In this document: piece by piece, positions 24,780-64,000 of the stretch
Layout of the letters: each line of letters begins with the position of its first letter
Numbering within the stretch: the first letter of the stretch is position 1
Assembly: GCF_004010195.1 (NCBI RefSeq)
Contig: NC_057718.1
Location: 21,570,844-21,634,843, forward strand
Reading direction: 5' to 3'
Source of the DNA: Chiloscyllium plagiosum
Lineage: Eukaryota
DNA length: 64,000 nt
Notes under the pieces: model-generated
The model's database searches: none
Told to the model about the DNA's origin: nothing
Seen by the model: the letters and a program-made list of their open reading frames with translations, nothing else
Translations under genes and position numbers: made by a program

Positions 24780-26900
24780 ACAATATACATAGCCCAAGAT
24801 ACTCCAGACTAGTATCTCAATGTGTAGGTAGCAGTATTCACCAAGCACAGTTTGCCTAGGAATAGACACCATGGGTAGTGTATGATGGAAGCCAAGGAGT
24901 TCTTGTCCATCCAGTCTGCACTGGAAGTCCTCAACATTGATTCTGGTCATCATGAAGTCTCATGGCTTCAGGTTAAGCATGGACAAGGAAACCTCCTGCT
25001 GCTTACATACCATCGGCCTCAGCTGGTGAATCGGTTCTCCTCCACGTTAAACAACTCGGAGGAAGCACTAAGGATGCTAAGACCATAAGACATGCTCTGG
25101 ATGGGGGAATTTCAATGTCCAACATCAAGAGTGGCTCAGCAGCAGCACTACTGATCAGGTTGGTTGGGTCTTAAAGGACACAGCTGTTAGACTGGGTTTG
25201 TGGCTGATGGTGAGGGAAACAACAAGAGCAAAAAAACCTACTTGACCTCATCATTAATAATCTGCAGGCTGCAGATGCAGTTATCCATGACTGTATTGGT
25301 AAGACTGACCACTCTATAGTCCTTGAGGAGACAAAGTCCTGCCTTCCCATTCAGAACATTCTCCATAATATTGTTTGGCACTATCACCGTGCTAAATGGG
25401 ACAGACTTCGAAGAGATCCAGCAATTCAAGACCCGGGCATCTATAAGATGCTATGGGTCATCAATAGCAGCAGAATTGTACTCCAGCACAATCTTTGACT
25501 TCGTGGCCTGGCATAATTCCCCAATCAACCATTATCGTCAAGTCAGGGGATCAATGCTGGTTCAGAGGAGAGTGCAAGAGGCATGCCAGGAGCAGCACAG
25601 GGCATACGTAAAAATAAGGTATCAACCTGGTGAAGCTTTCAAATAGGATTAATTGCATGTCAAACAGCAGAAGCAGCAAGTGGCAAACAGAGCTAAGCAA
25701 TCCCACAACGAAACTTCAGATATAAGCTCGGCAATCCTGTCACATTCAGTTGTGAATGGTGGTGAACAATTAAACAACTCACTTGAGTAGGAGGCTCCAC
25801 AAATGTCCCTGTGGTCATTAATGGAAGAGCCCAACACATCAGTGCGAAAGTTAAGGATGAAGCATTCGTACCAATCTTCAGCCAGAAGTGCCAAGTGCAT
25901 GATACATCTTGATCTCCTCCAGCGGTCCCCAGCATCACAGATATAAGTCTTCAGCCAATTTGATTTACTCCACATTATATCAAGAAACAGTTGGAGGCAT
26001 TAAATGCTGAAATGTCAATGGGCCCAGACATGATTCCAGCAATAGCTCTGAAGATGTGCTCCAGAACCTGTTACCCCTCTAGCCAAACTCTTTCACTACA
26101 GTTACAACTCTGGCATTTACCCAACAATGGGAAAAATTGCCTAGGTATGACCTGTACATAGAAAGGAGGACAAATTCAACCCTGGCGATTACCACCCCAT
26201 CAAGCCTACTCACGCATTAGTAAATGATGGAAAGTGTCATGAACTGCTATCAAGCAGCAATAACCTGCTCACTGACATCCAATTTGGGTTTTGCCAGGAC
26301 CATTCAGCTCCTGACCTCATTATAGCCTTGGTTCAAATATGGACAAAAGAGCTGAATTCCAGAAGTGAGGTGAGAGTGTCAGACCTTGACATCGAGGCCA
26401 CATTCGAACAAATGTGCCATCAATGAGCCCTAGCAAAATTGGAATCAATGGGTATTGGGGTAAATGCTCTGCTGGTTAGATCATACCTGGCATATGGAAA
26501 GCTGGTTGTGGTTGTTGGAGGTCAGTCATCTCAGCTACAGAATAACTCTTCAGAGGTTGCTCTGGGAAATGTCCTAAACAAAACCATTTTCAGCCGCTTC
26601 ATCAATGACGTCCCCTCCATTATAAGGTCAGAAGTTGGAATGTTTGCTGATTCAGCACTATTTTTAACTCATCCAATACTGAAGCAGTCCGTATTCAAAT
26701 ACAACATGATTTGGACGATATCCAATTTGGGTTGTCAAGTGGCAAGTAACATTTGCGGCACACAAATGGCTTATGCCCGAAACATCGATTCTCCTGCTCC
26801 TTGGATGCTGCCTGACCTGCTGTGCTTTCCCAGCAACCCACTCTTGACAATGACCATGTTGAGTAAGAGACAACCTAATCTCCACTCCTTGACATCACTG
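24780..26900 (+). mobile_element. Degenerate CR1/L2-group LINE ORF2 (APE+RT); family A PLE fragment inserted at ~26768-26845
   Basis: GEFNV, LDLI, DHS; QFGF...SAPDL, FINDVPS, MFAD. Confidence 0.7.
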
Positions 26901-27409
26901 GAAATGGATAATTTCACATTTTCCCCCATGATACTCTATTTGACACATCTTTGCCCATTCAACCTATCTTTATTTTGTTGTAGCCTTCTTCTGTCTTCTT
27001 CATAATTTATTTTCCTAATTTATTATTAATTTATCTTTGCACTGTCAGCAAATTTTGCAACCATACCTAAATAATTAGTGTAAATTGTTATCAGTTGCAG
27101 TACCAACTCAAATCCCTGTCACACATTACTCATTACAACTTTCCAACCTGAAAATTACTCATTTATGCCTACTGCCTGCTTCTTATTAACCAGCCCAATG
27201 TTTTATTCCTGCTTCTCCCTACACCATGAGCTTTTATTTTTCACTTTTACCTTTGATGAAGCATGTTATCATATGCCTTCTGAAATTCTAAAAGATTCTG
27301 TCATCTCCTGTTTCCCCCTAATGCACAGCAAGTGTTCCCTGCAAGGACTCCTACTTCAGACTCCTATTCATTAACTACAGCTCCACCTTCAACACCAAAA
27401 TCCCCTCCA

Positions 27410-28505
27410 GATTGATCTCAAAACTCTAAGACCTAGGTCTCGGCTCCACCTTTTGCAACTGGATCCTCAGCTTCCTGACTCATAGACTGCAGTCAGTGAA
27501 GATAGACAACTGCACCTCCTCCATAATAACCCTTAACACTGGAGTCCCCCAAGGGTGCTTTCTCGGCCCCCTACAGTATTCCCTGTATACCCACAACTGT
27601 ATATAGCCAAATTCCGAAAGAACACCATCTACAAGTGTCCTGACCACACCATCGTGGTAGGACAGATATCATTCAAGGATGTCACAATACATCAAGGAGA
27701 CAGAGGGCTTGGTGTTATGGTGCAATGATAATAATCTCTCTCTAAATGTCAGTAAAATGAAAGAACTGATCATTGGTTTCAGAAAGAAAGGAGGACAATA
27801 CACCCCTATCTACATCGATGGTTGAGAGGGTTAAGAGTGTCAAGTTTTTGGAAGTGACAATAACTGACAACCTGTCCTGGACTTTCCATGTACATGTGAC
27901 AGTCAATAAGGCACAACAATGCTTCTTGTTACTCAGGTTGCTCAGGAAATTTGGCATGTCCATAAGGACCTTTATCAATTTTTACAGATGCACCATAGAA
28001 AGCATACTGTCCAGATGGACAACAGCCTGGTAAGGCAACTGCTCTGCCCAGGACTGTAAGAAACTACAGAAGGTTGTATGTACTGCCCACGTCATCACAG
28101 AAGCCACCCTCCCATTTATGAACTCCATTTACATGTTTCTTTGCCATGGAAAGGCTGCCAACATCATCAAAGACCCATCCCACCCCATTAAAGCTCTCCT
28201 CCAATGTCCTCCCTGAGGCAGAAGATACAGAAGCTTGATCACATGAAACAGCAGGTTCATGAACAGCTTCTCCCTGCTGTTATTAGATTGATGAACAGAT
28301 TCTCTAACTTCAAATAATGTTGATCACGTTAACGTTGATCTTGCTTTGCACACTTCCTTTGCAGTGTAACCTGTATGCCACACACTGTCTAAGCACCTTA
28401 CGATCAGTATGTCCTTGCTTACTATGATCTGCCTGTACTGCACGCAAACAAAGCTTTTCACTGTACTTAGGTATACATGACCACAATAAATCAAATCAGA
28501 TCAAA
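27410..28505 (+). mobile_element. Rex1/Babar-like LINE 3' portion
   Basis: [42 protein letters not shown]; caataaa(tcaaa)n tail. Confidence 0.75.
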
Positions 28506-28663
28506 ACCTCAGTCAAAAACTCCAACTGATTGTTTTAACATATGAGCACTTGTGTCACAGTGGTTGTGTCCCTTTTAGCCAGGAGATCAAAGTTCAAGTC
28601 CCACCTGCTCTATTGGTGTGTAATAACATCGCTGTACACGTTGATTTGAAAATATCTAGATTG

Positions 28664-28869
28664 AGGTAAAAACAATGACTGCAGATGCTGGAAACCAGAT
28701 TCTGAATTAGTGGTTCTGGAAGAGCACAGCAGTTCAGGCAGCATCCAAGGAGCTTCGAAATCGGCGTTTCGGGCAGCCCTTCCTGATGAAGGGCTTTTGC
28801 CCGAAACGTCGATTTCGAAGCTCCTTGGATGCTGCCTGAACTGCTGTGCTTTTCCAGCACCACTAACCC
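28664..28869. mobile_element. Penelope-like family A fold-back mini element; intact hammerhead at ~28780-28814 (+)
   Basis: CTGATGA(28783) A GGGC TTTT GCCC GAAA(28803) CG TC GA; 14-bp TSD aaatatctagattg at 28650-28663 / 28870-28883. Confidence 0.85.
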
Positions 28870-29964
28870 AAATATCTAGATTGGTTGAGCATGGTTTCCT
28901 TTTAGCAAAATTAGGGTGACTCTACCTGATTACCTTGAACATATCTTATAACTTCTCATTTTCCCTACTATGGGTGTTGAGCTAACTGGTCTGTAGTTTT
29001 CATCTTTCTGTCTTTTTGAGTGATGGATTTCTATCGTCCAATCTAATTGGACTATCCCAACTCAAAAGAGTTTGGAAAATTAAAACTAATGCATCAATCA
29101 TCTCATTAGCCACTTCTTTTAAGACTCTAGAATAAGGTCTATCAGGAACAGGGCAGTTGTCAGCCCAAAGGCGGCCTTCAGAGGACAATTAGTGCTCTCA
29201 TAATGACCTACTTTGCCTGCTACTGGTACTAACCCAGAGTAGTCAGCTCATTTATGGCACAGTGGTAGTTCCTTACGCCTGGACAAGGAGACCCAAGTTA
29301 AAGTTCCACCCGCACTCTGGACAGGTTGATTAGAAAAATAGGTTAATTAAAAGAAAACATAACCCAAAGTACTCAATATGCAAGGTGCATGATAAGCAAA
29401 TCCTGGCCTGTTTATTTGCAGGTTCTTAGAGGAGATGTAGAATCATAACACCAATTACATCATCTTGGTCTACATTACTTTCATTATACTACGGAAGCAA
29501 CATTCCTCCTTTGGCCATTCAATTACTGGTTCTTAAAATTCTCGTATTCATTTGTAAATTTTCCCTGTTATCTCTGCAACTTTCTCAAGCCCTACAATTC
29601 TTCAAGAGATCCGTTCTCCTTCAATTCATGTCTTCAGACGCCAGGGCTCCAAATCCTGGAATTCTCTCCCTTAACTATTCCAACTGTCTTTCTTTAAGAC
29701 ACTCCATAAAACTTTTGCCATCTGCCCTGATATCATTTTACATGGTTCAGCACGACCTTTCCTCCCATGAGGTTTTTTGGAATGTTTACTCGGTAAAAAC
29801 TACAAGGTAAATGCATGTTGTTATTGTTCCACCTTATTGTGTTGTCATGTAATGTTAGTAAAATCCTGGAGGTTTTACTTGAGTCAATTACGTTCCCAGA
29901 GAGAATCTGCTTGAAATGGGTAAGATTTCTTTATGCATTCTTGCATATGTTACAATTTTATAAC

Positions 29965-30062
29965 AAGGCAGATAAGCCGATTATCACATCTTGGTCTCTT
30001 ATTCCTTATTTGTCAATTGAAGGGAGTCCAGAATGACGTAGAGCTGAAAAGGGTTATAAGTG
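29965..30062 (+). promoter_or_regulatory. Putative QPCT proximal promoter (GATA pair, CRE-like, TATA-like)
   Basis: AGATAA ~29970 and TTATCA ~29981, TGACGTA 30034-30040, TATAAG 30055-30060, about 95 nt upstream of the ATG. Confidence 0.35.
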
Positions 30063-30154
30063 CACTGTGATTTCTAGTTAGACTTACAAGATTGCACATT
30101 GAACTGTGAAGACAGGAAGAACAAGCAAGACAAAAGTGTGCACTTAAGCTAGAA

Positions 30155-56221
<26,067 letters not shown>

Positions 56222-56223
56222 TG

Positions 56224-56418
56224 ATTTGGAGGTGCCGATGTTGGACTGGGATGGACAAAGTTAAAAATCACAACACCAGGTCATCATCCAACAGGTGTAT
56301 TTGGAAGCACTAGCTTTCAAAGTGCTGCTCCTCATCAGGTGGTTGTCCTGATGAAGAAGTAGCGCTTCAAAAGCTAATACTTCCAAATAAACTTGTTGGA
56401 CTATAACTTGGTGTTGTG
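56224..56418. mobile_element. Penelope-like family B fold-back mini element at the QPCT stop codon
   Basis: ~70-bp inverted arms; TSD tcatatt(g/a)tgatg at 56211-56223 / 56419-56431. Confidence 0.8.
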
Positions 56419-56486
56419 TCATATTATGATGTTGCCTTAATGTTTACCAAATGGATGGCTATGACAGACCCATGTATTGCAAACTA

Positions 56487-56492
56487 AATAAA
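56487..56492 (+). other. Candidate QPCT polyadenylation signal AATAAA
   Basis: First AATAAA in unique sequence after the stop; another lies inside the inserted element at 56386-56391. Confidence 0.3.
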
Positions 56493-57299
56493 TTTAAGAA
56501 AGCAGTTACAGATTCTGCTGCAACTAGGAATCATTATTTACAAGTAACCAAATTTATTCACATAGTTAATGTCCATGAGAATATATTGTATAGAAAGATC
56601 AATACTCATTGTTTTTAATCAATAGATGCTTCATGGCTTACATTCTTGGTAAATAATGCTTGCTGGTGTTAGTTTTCTTGGTAATATTGTTTCAGGATAC
56701 ATTTGAAATCATTTTGGTGATATGTTAATTTAACTGCAACGAAAATATATCTGGACTGTAATGGTTAAGTTTGTCAATTGGAATGTATGCATTAAACAGT
56801 ATAGTTGTACTACACATTTTGTATCAGTGTAAATGTATTATGACATAAAAATCATCACTTCAGCATTATGTTGTCAAATATAGATCTGAAACATGAGTCC
56901 ACACTGCATGACGTGTAACTTCAAATGTTGAGAAGTAACTTTGATAGAAATCACTCTTAACTGAGCTCAACAACTCTTTTCGAAAGACAGAAGTTTAAGC
57001 AGTCAAATACAAATCTCTACTTTTCTAATCCAAAAGTCAAGAACATGCTGTAAAACTAAGTGCTTGTCTGTTTGAACTCTTACATTTAAAGCAGGCAGCA
57101 AAACTGTAGGCAAACCAAAGTAAGGGTCATACAGCACAATCTTTACTCTAGAAGGTACAGGTTCAAATTCCATCTGCCCAAGAAAAAATCACTCAAGAAG
57201 TTTGGTACTCAACTCTAAGAGCTTCAATTCTAATCCTGTTGCCACTGTCTACCCAGGGCCTTTCCAGTGGACCTCCATCTGGATATTTCTGGTAATTAT

Positions 57300-57965
57300 A
57301 AAAAATACAAAGAATTGCAGTTGCTGAAAATCAGAAACAAAAACAGTAATTGATAGAAAACCTCAGAAGGTCTGGCAGCATCTGTGGAGAGAAAGTAGTG
57401 ATGTTTGGCTCTAGTGACTCTTCTTCAGAACTGACTGTAGCTGGAAAAGGTTGGGATATATGCTAAAGAAGGAGTGGAGGAAGAGGAAAGAAGTAAATGA
57501 TCGGTGGAGATGGAGCCCAGACAGAGAAAAACAGTTGGGCAGTCAAAGGAATGGGTAAAGGTCAGCCTGGGAGAATGAATGGCTGTTAAGTAAGACTAAT
57601 AATGGCTGACAATGGGCTGTGTTGATGTTAGCAATCCATGTGATGACAAGGCCCAGTGTGTGGGGGTTGGAGTAAGGTCATGGGAGAAAGTGCCCAGGCC
57701 CCAAAATTATTGAACTTGATATTGAGTCCAGAAGTGGAAAATGAGGCATTCTTCCAACTTGCATTGAACTTCACTGGAGCACTGGAGCAAGGCCGAAACA
57801 GAGATGTTGGTGAGGTGATGAAATGGCAGGCAACCAAAAGCTCATTGTCATTTTTGCAGATACAACATAGGCAACAGGGGTGACCAAGGTACCTGCCTGG
57901 GCTCCAGTGAAGTTCAGCGCAAGCTGTAAGAACAATATCTCAGTTTCCACTTGCGGACCCTGCAG
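57300..57965 (-). mobile_element. Penelope-like family C 3' part with short terminal inversion
   Basis: Family C terminus at 57305-57430; C.LEER..IF.L.T-like coding remnant. Confidence 0.55.
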
Positions 57966-57969
57966 TGTT

Positions 57970-59960
57970 AAGAGTCCTAGAGGTATACAGCATGGAAACA
58001 GGCCCTTTGGCCCAACTCATCTATGCCGACCAGGTTTCTAATTAGTACATTTGCCTGCATTTGGTTCATATCCCCCTATTCCATGTACGTTTCCAAATGT
58101 TTTTTAAATGTTGTTATTGTACCTGCCACTGCAACTTCCTCTGGCAGCTCATTCCACATTCTCTGTCAAAACGTTGCCCCTCAGATCCCTTCTAAATTTT
58201 TCTCTCACCTTAAATCTTTAGTTTTGGACTCCTCTACCTGGGGAAAGATCTGCGCTATTCACCTTATCTATGCCCCTGGTGATTTCATTAAACTCTAGAA
58301 GGTCACCCCTCAGCCTCCTACACTCAAGGGAAAAAAGTCCAAGAATATCCAGTCTCTCCTTATAATTCCAGTATTTTTGCACCCTTTACAGTTTAATAGT
58401 ATCCTTCCTATGGCAGAGTGACCAGAATTGTATGCAGTATTCCAACTGTGGCCGATGTCTTGTACATCCGTAACATGATATCCCAACTCCTGTACTGAAT
58501 GCTCTGAATGATGAAGGTAGGTGTGCCAAGCGCCTTGCTCACCACCCTGCCTACCTGTGTTTCCACGTTCAAAGAACTGCGAGGTCTCTCTTTTCAACAA
58601 CACTCCCCAGGACCCTACCATTAACTATGTAAGTTCTGCCCTGGTTTGTCTTACCAAAATACAACACCTTGTATTAATCTGCATTAAACTCCAACTTGCC
58701 ATTTGATTACAAATCCATTGTGCTCTTAGTAAACCTTCTTCATCAATTTTGGTGTCACCTACAAACTTACTAACATGCCTCCTATATACCCGTCTAAATC
58801 ATTTTTATAAGTTACAAACAACAGCGGACCCAGCACGAATTCTTGAAGCACCCTGCTGGTTACAGGCTTCCAGTCTCAAAAACAACCCTCTACCACCACC
58901 CTTTGTCTCCTACTGTCAAGCCAATTTTGTATCCAATTGGCTAGTTCTCCCTGGATCCCATGTGATCTAATCTTACTAACCAGTTGACCATGTGGTACCT
59001 TGTCAAAGGCCTTGCTAAAATCCATGTCGACAACATCTACCACACTGCCTTCATCTATCGTTTTGGTCACCTCTTCAAAAAAAACAATCAAATTTGTGAG
59101 AGACAACTTACCACGCACAAAGCCATGCTATCCCTAATTAGTCCCTGCCTTTCCAAATGCTTGTAGATTCTGTCTCTCAGAATCCCCTCCAACAACTTAC
59201 CCACCATTAACATTAGACTCACATGTCTGTAATTTCCTGCCTTTCTCTTGCAGTCTTCCTTAAGTAATGGCACATTAGCCTCCCTCCAGTCTTTCAGTAC
59301 CTCACCTATGGCTGTCGATGCGTCAATGATACAAATATCTATGCAACTTCTTCCCTCACTTCCTTTCAATGTCCTAGGATACAACTTCATCAGGCCCTGG
59401 GTATTTATCTACCTTTATGCATTTTAGGACCTCCAACACTTCCTCTTCTGTAATGTGGACTCTTTTTAAAACACGGTAAAAACATCACTATTTACTTCCC
59501 TAGCTTCCATATCTTTCTCCATGGTAAATACTGATGACAAATATTTGTTAGGATCTCACCCACCTCCTGTGGTTTCACATACAGATAACCTCAGTGATCT
59601 TTAAGGGGCCCTATTTTCTCCCTTGTTACTCTTTTGCCCTTAATATACTTGTGGAATCTCTGTGGATTCTCCTTTGCCTTATCTGCCAAAGTTATTTCAT
59701 GCCCTCTTTTTGCCATCTTTATTTCCCTCTTAAGTGTACTTCTTCAGTCCTTATAGTCTTCAAGGGATCCCAGCTGCCCATACTGACATATGTCTCCTTT
59801 TTCTTGATTGGAGCCATGATAACTCTCGACATTTTGTTTTCCCTACTACTGCCAGCCTTGCCCTTCACCCTAACAGGAACATGCTGGCCCTGAACCCTTG
59901 TTATCTTACTTTTGAAAACCTCCCATTTGCCAGACTTCCATTTACCTGCGAACAGCTTCC
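57970..59960 (-). mobile_element. CR1 LINE ORF2 to 3' tail
   Basis: VDVVDMDFSKAFDKVPH, WIQNWL.SRRQRVVV, GNYR.VSL. Confidence 0.85.
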
Positions 59961-61804
59961 TTCAATCAAACCGAAATGTTAATTCTGCTTTCTCTCCACA
60001 GATGCTGCCATACTTTCTGAGTTTTTCAAGCAATTTTTGTTTTTGCAATTATTATTGAAATGAAGACCTTCCACTAAGAATGGTCAGGCCTCCACATCCA
60101 CAAACTTATCAGTTATGCTACTTTCTTCAGAATGGAACCCCTTTTAAAATTAGTGCCTATTTTGGAATATAACTTAGAAGACCTTGCCCTATTTTGTAAA
60201 GATCATACTCAAGATGCCATGAAGACAGTTATATTGTCTGAAATGTTAAAAAGAAATAAGCACAAGTCAGGAATGGTCTCCTGTTCCTAATTCTATAGGT
60301 TTTCGTATTATTTCAAATAGCCATCCCAACCCCAGCTGAGGGTATGTTTTAGAGATTTTGAGATATAAAATCCTATTAGTACTGTGACATGAGAAATTTG
60401 CTGATAATAAAGCTCGATTACTCCTCCAGTCGCATAATTTGTGTAAATGTATTGACTCAATTACAGAAATGGCCAATTGCTTCATTTTTGTACTATGATC
60501 CAGCAAAATAAAATCCACCAGGATTCTTTAATTAATTAAAAAATAACCCATTTATTTTGAACCAAACATGTTCTTAAAGGCAATCGAAAACATTGGTTAA
60601 CACCGAGGCTATGATCTAGAATTAAACCTCTATGCCCTAAATCTCATATAAGTACAAAGTGATGGTTCTCAAAGAAACATCTTTGGCCACAAAGATGAAT
60701 CCTTATGGCCAAAGGTCTGGAAACAAAGGATATAATGTGATGACTTCTGACATCCATCAATTTCCTGTCAATGAAGCTGAATTCCTGATGGCCATTGACC
60801 AATGATAAATTTGAATTCTGATTCCTATCAACTTGAATCTGAGTCACTGAGGTTTGGACATTGTGCACCCATAATCACATAACTGTTACAGTGCAGAACA
60901 AGGCCATTTGCCCATTATGCCTGGACAGTTCTATTACGTAGTGCCAATATCCTGCCTTTTCCCTGCAGACTATTTCTTTCCAAATACTCACTCAATGTTT
61001 TCTTGAATGCCTCAACTGAACTTGTCTCCACATTTCCAGACAGTGTATTCTATATTCTAACTAGTTGTTGTGTGAAAAGATTTTTTTTCTCACATCACCC
61101 TTACTTCATTTGCACATCATTTGAAATCTATGCCTTCTCATTCATTTTTATTTTATGAGCAGGTGCTGAGCATACTCATGGTTTTAAAAACTTCTAATAA
61201 ATCTCCTCTCAGCCTTCTTCTTGCAAAAAAGAAGTCCCAAATTCATCAATCTATGAGAAGGTGCCAAAAAAAAATTGATGAGGACAGAACAATACACAGT
61301 TTTCTTAGACTTTAGTAAAGCCTTCGACACGGCTTTGCATTGAAGACAGATTTGTAAAATTAGGTCATATCGGATTCCTGATGAAGAGCTTATGCTCGAA
61401 ATATTGATTCTCCTGCTCCTCAGATACTGCCTGACCGGCTGTGCTTTTCTTGCATCACACTCTTCGATATACTGGATTCAGGGTAAGCTTGCCAATTGGA
61501 TACATAATTGACATAACATCAGGAGACATGGAGTGGTAGTGGAGAGCTGCTTTTCTGACTGAAGGTCTGTTGTCAGTGGTGTTCCACTGGGATCAGTTCA
61601 GGGTCCTCTTTTGTTTGTCATTTATATAAATTATTTGGATGAGCACACAGAAGGCATGGCTGATATAATTTTGCAGATGACACCAAAATTGGTGGTATAG
61701 TAACAGTGAAGAAGATTTTCTAAGATTATGAAAGGATCTTGATCAAATAGGTCAATGAGCTAGAAAATGACAGCTGGAGTTCAATCTGGATAAATGCAAA
61801 GTAG

Positions 61805-62855
61805 ATGGAAATGTGTTGCTGGAGAAGCGCAGCAGGTCAGGCAGCATCTAGGGAACAGGAGAATCGACGTTTCGGGCATTAGCCCTTCTTCAGGAATGAG
61901 GAAAGTTTGTCCAGCAGGCTAAGATAAAAGATAGGGAGGAGGGACTTGGGGGAGGGGCGTCGGAAATGTGATAGGTGGAAAAAGGTCAAGGTGAGGGTGA
62001 TAGGACAGATTGGGGTGGGGGCGGAGAGGTCGGGAAGAAGATTCTATCAGGACATAGTGATCAAAAATGGTGTGTTTTGGCTTGTGCATGAGATGAATTT
62101 TCATAGACCAGCTGCCATATCTCACGAGGGTAGCAATCTAATCTCATTTTCACTGTCTTATCAATATAGTCAAGACTGCTTAAACAGGAGGTGCAAGACT
62201 TGCGCCCACACCTCCCCTCTCACCTCCCTCCAAGGCCCCAAAGGAAACTTCCATATCCGCCACAGATTCACCTGTACCTCCACACATATCATCTATTGCA
62301 TCCCCTGTACCCGATGTGGCCNNNNNNNNNNNNNNNNNNNNNNNNNNNNNNNNNNNNNNNNNNNNNNNNNNNNNNNNNNNNNNNNNNNNNNNNGCTGTTA
62401 GGGGAGGGGAGGGAAATATATCCTTGGTGCTGGGGTCTGTTTGGAGGTGGCGGAAGTGACGGCGGATGATGCGCTGTACATGGAGATTGGTGGGGTGGTA
62501 GGTGAGGACCAGTGGGGTTCTGTCCTGGTGGCGGTTGGAGGGGCGGGGTTCAAGGGCGGAGGATCGGGGAGTGGAAGAGATGCGGTGGAGGGCATCGTCG
62601 ATCACGTCGGGGGGGAAATTGCGGTCCTTGAAGAAGGAGGCCATCTGGGATGTGCGTTTTTGGAACTGGTCCTCCTGGGAGCAGATGCGGCGGAGTCGAA
62701 GGAATTGGGAGAATGGGATGGCGTTTTTGCAGGGGGCAGGATGGGAGGAGGTGTAGTCCAGGTAGCTGTGGGAGTCGGTCGGTTTGTAGTAGATGTCCAT
62801 GTTGATCCGGTCGCCTGAGATGGAAATAGAAAGGTCGAGGAAGGGGAGGGAGGAG
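61805..62855 (-). mobile_element. Young Penelope-like retroelement (RT thumb + GIY-YIG, family A end) spanning an assembly gap; intact hammerhead 61861-61897 (-)
   Basis: DIYYKPTDSHSYLDYTSSHP..CKNAIPFSQFLRLRRICS (-); CNRRCKTC...FTCTSTHIIYCIPCTRCG (+); reverse complement CTGAAGA A GGGC TAAT GCCC GAAA CG TC. Confidence 0.85.
62322..62393. other. Assembly gap (N run)
   Basis: Run of n characters. Confidence 0.99.
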
Positions 62856-64000
62856 TAGTACGTTTTGGTACAACAAACAAGGGTAGGACTTCTACACTTA
62901 ATGTTAGAGGTTTGGGACGTGTTGTAGATCAGAGGGACCTAGGGGGTTCAAATACATAATTCTTTGAAGTTGGCATCACATTTAGTCTGGGTGGTTAAAA
63001 TGGCATTTAGAATGCTTGCCTTCATTGGTCAGCCCTTTGAATATAGGAGTTGGAACATCATGTTGAGATTATACAGGACATTGCACCTCTTCTGGAGTTC
63101 GGTGTGCAGTTCTGGTCACCCAGTTATAGGAAGGATAATATTAAACTGGAGAAGGTACAGAAGTGATTTACCAGGATGTTGCCAGGTATAGAAGGTTTGA
63201 GTTGTAAAGAAAAGCTGGAACTTATTTCACTGGAACCTAGGAGGTTGAGAGGTGACATTATTGAAGTTTATAAAATCATGAGAGGCATAGATGGGTTAAT
63301 GGTAGGTACCTTTTCCCTGGAATGGGGGATTTCAAGATTAGAGGGGATATTTGTATGGTGAGATGAAAGAGATTTAAAGAAAGACATGAGGAGCAATAGT
63401 TTTACATGGTGATTCACATGTGGAATGAACTTCCTGAGGAAGTGATGGATGGGACACAATTACAACATTTAAAAGATACTTGGATAACTACACGAATAGG
63501 AAATATTTGGAGGGAATATGGGCCAGGAACAGGAAGATGGGACTAGTTTAGTTTAGGATTATGTTTGGCACGGAATGGTTTGATAAAAGGTCTGTTTCTG
63601 TGCTGTATGATTCTATCCTCATAACTGAAGTTTCTCATTCCTGGAATCATTCTTATAAATCACTTTTGCACTGTTTACAATGTATTCACATCTTTCCAAA
63701 ACATGGTACTCACAACTACACACAATATTTCATCTGAGGTCTACCAAGTCGAGATCGGGACAGTCTCCACCTGAACTAATCTGGAACTAGTGTTCTAGCG
63801 AAAAGGATAAATAGAGTGATGACTAGGACTTTAAACTTGTGAAACGGGGGAAGGGAAAGGGAAAGCGACAGGGAGTATGGATTCAGGTAGAAACATAAGC
63901 AGCAAGTTAGTATGTGTGCAGGGTTTAAGTTCAAGGCAGACTAGGAATGAAGCAAAAAGGAAGGATAACTTAGGACATATTACTAGAGATGTTGGAAATC

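Larger units (their letters stand above)
61250..63615 (+). mobile_element. CR1 LINE RT to 3' tail, interrupted by Penelope insertions (61375-61467, 61805-62855)
   Basis: LDFSKAFD, GVP.GSV.GP, FADDTKIGG, then ..RRLRGDIIEVYKIM; ctgtatgattcta tail. Confidence 0.8.

Noticed and set aside
28664..28869. Classifying the fold-back elements as DNA-transposon MITEs
   Set aside because: The arms are asymmetric, TSDs are 12-16 bp and variable, and the same ends are attached to GIY-YIG/RT coding Penelope sequence.
60600..60870. Short ORFs in unique sequence downstream of QPCT
   Set aside because: No recognisable homology or convincing splice pattern.

Overview
Eukaryotic vertebrate genomic DNA, almost certainly a cartilaginous fish (shark): HE1/V-SINE-type tRNA-derived SINEs and dense CR1-type LINEs dominate. 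It holds one complete 7-exon protein-coding gene on the + strand (CDS 30155..56221, 360 aa), a glutaminyl-peptide cyclotransferase (QPCT) homologue with the human exon phases and GT-AG introns. Its catalytic FFDGEEA motif reads FFDGQEA, equivalent to the inactivating human E201Q, while all three Zn ligands are kept, so it is a candidate pseudo-enzyme or neofunctionalised QC. The rest is nested transposon debris: CR1, L1, Rex1-like LINE, Gypsy LTR remnants, Tc1/pogo MITEs, V-SINEs and DeuSINEs. At least five families of Penelope-like element (PLE) ends carry minimal hammerhead-ribozyme cores (CUGANGA-N-stem II-GAAA-palindrome-UH). Many form short fold-back insertions with two opposed ribozymes and 12-16 bp target-site duplications; one duplicated the QPCT stop codon. 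Repeat boundaries are approximate and were read by eye.
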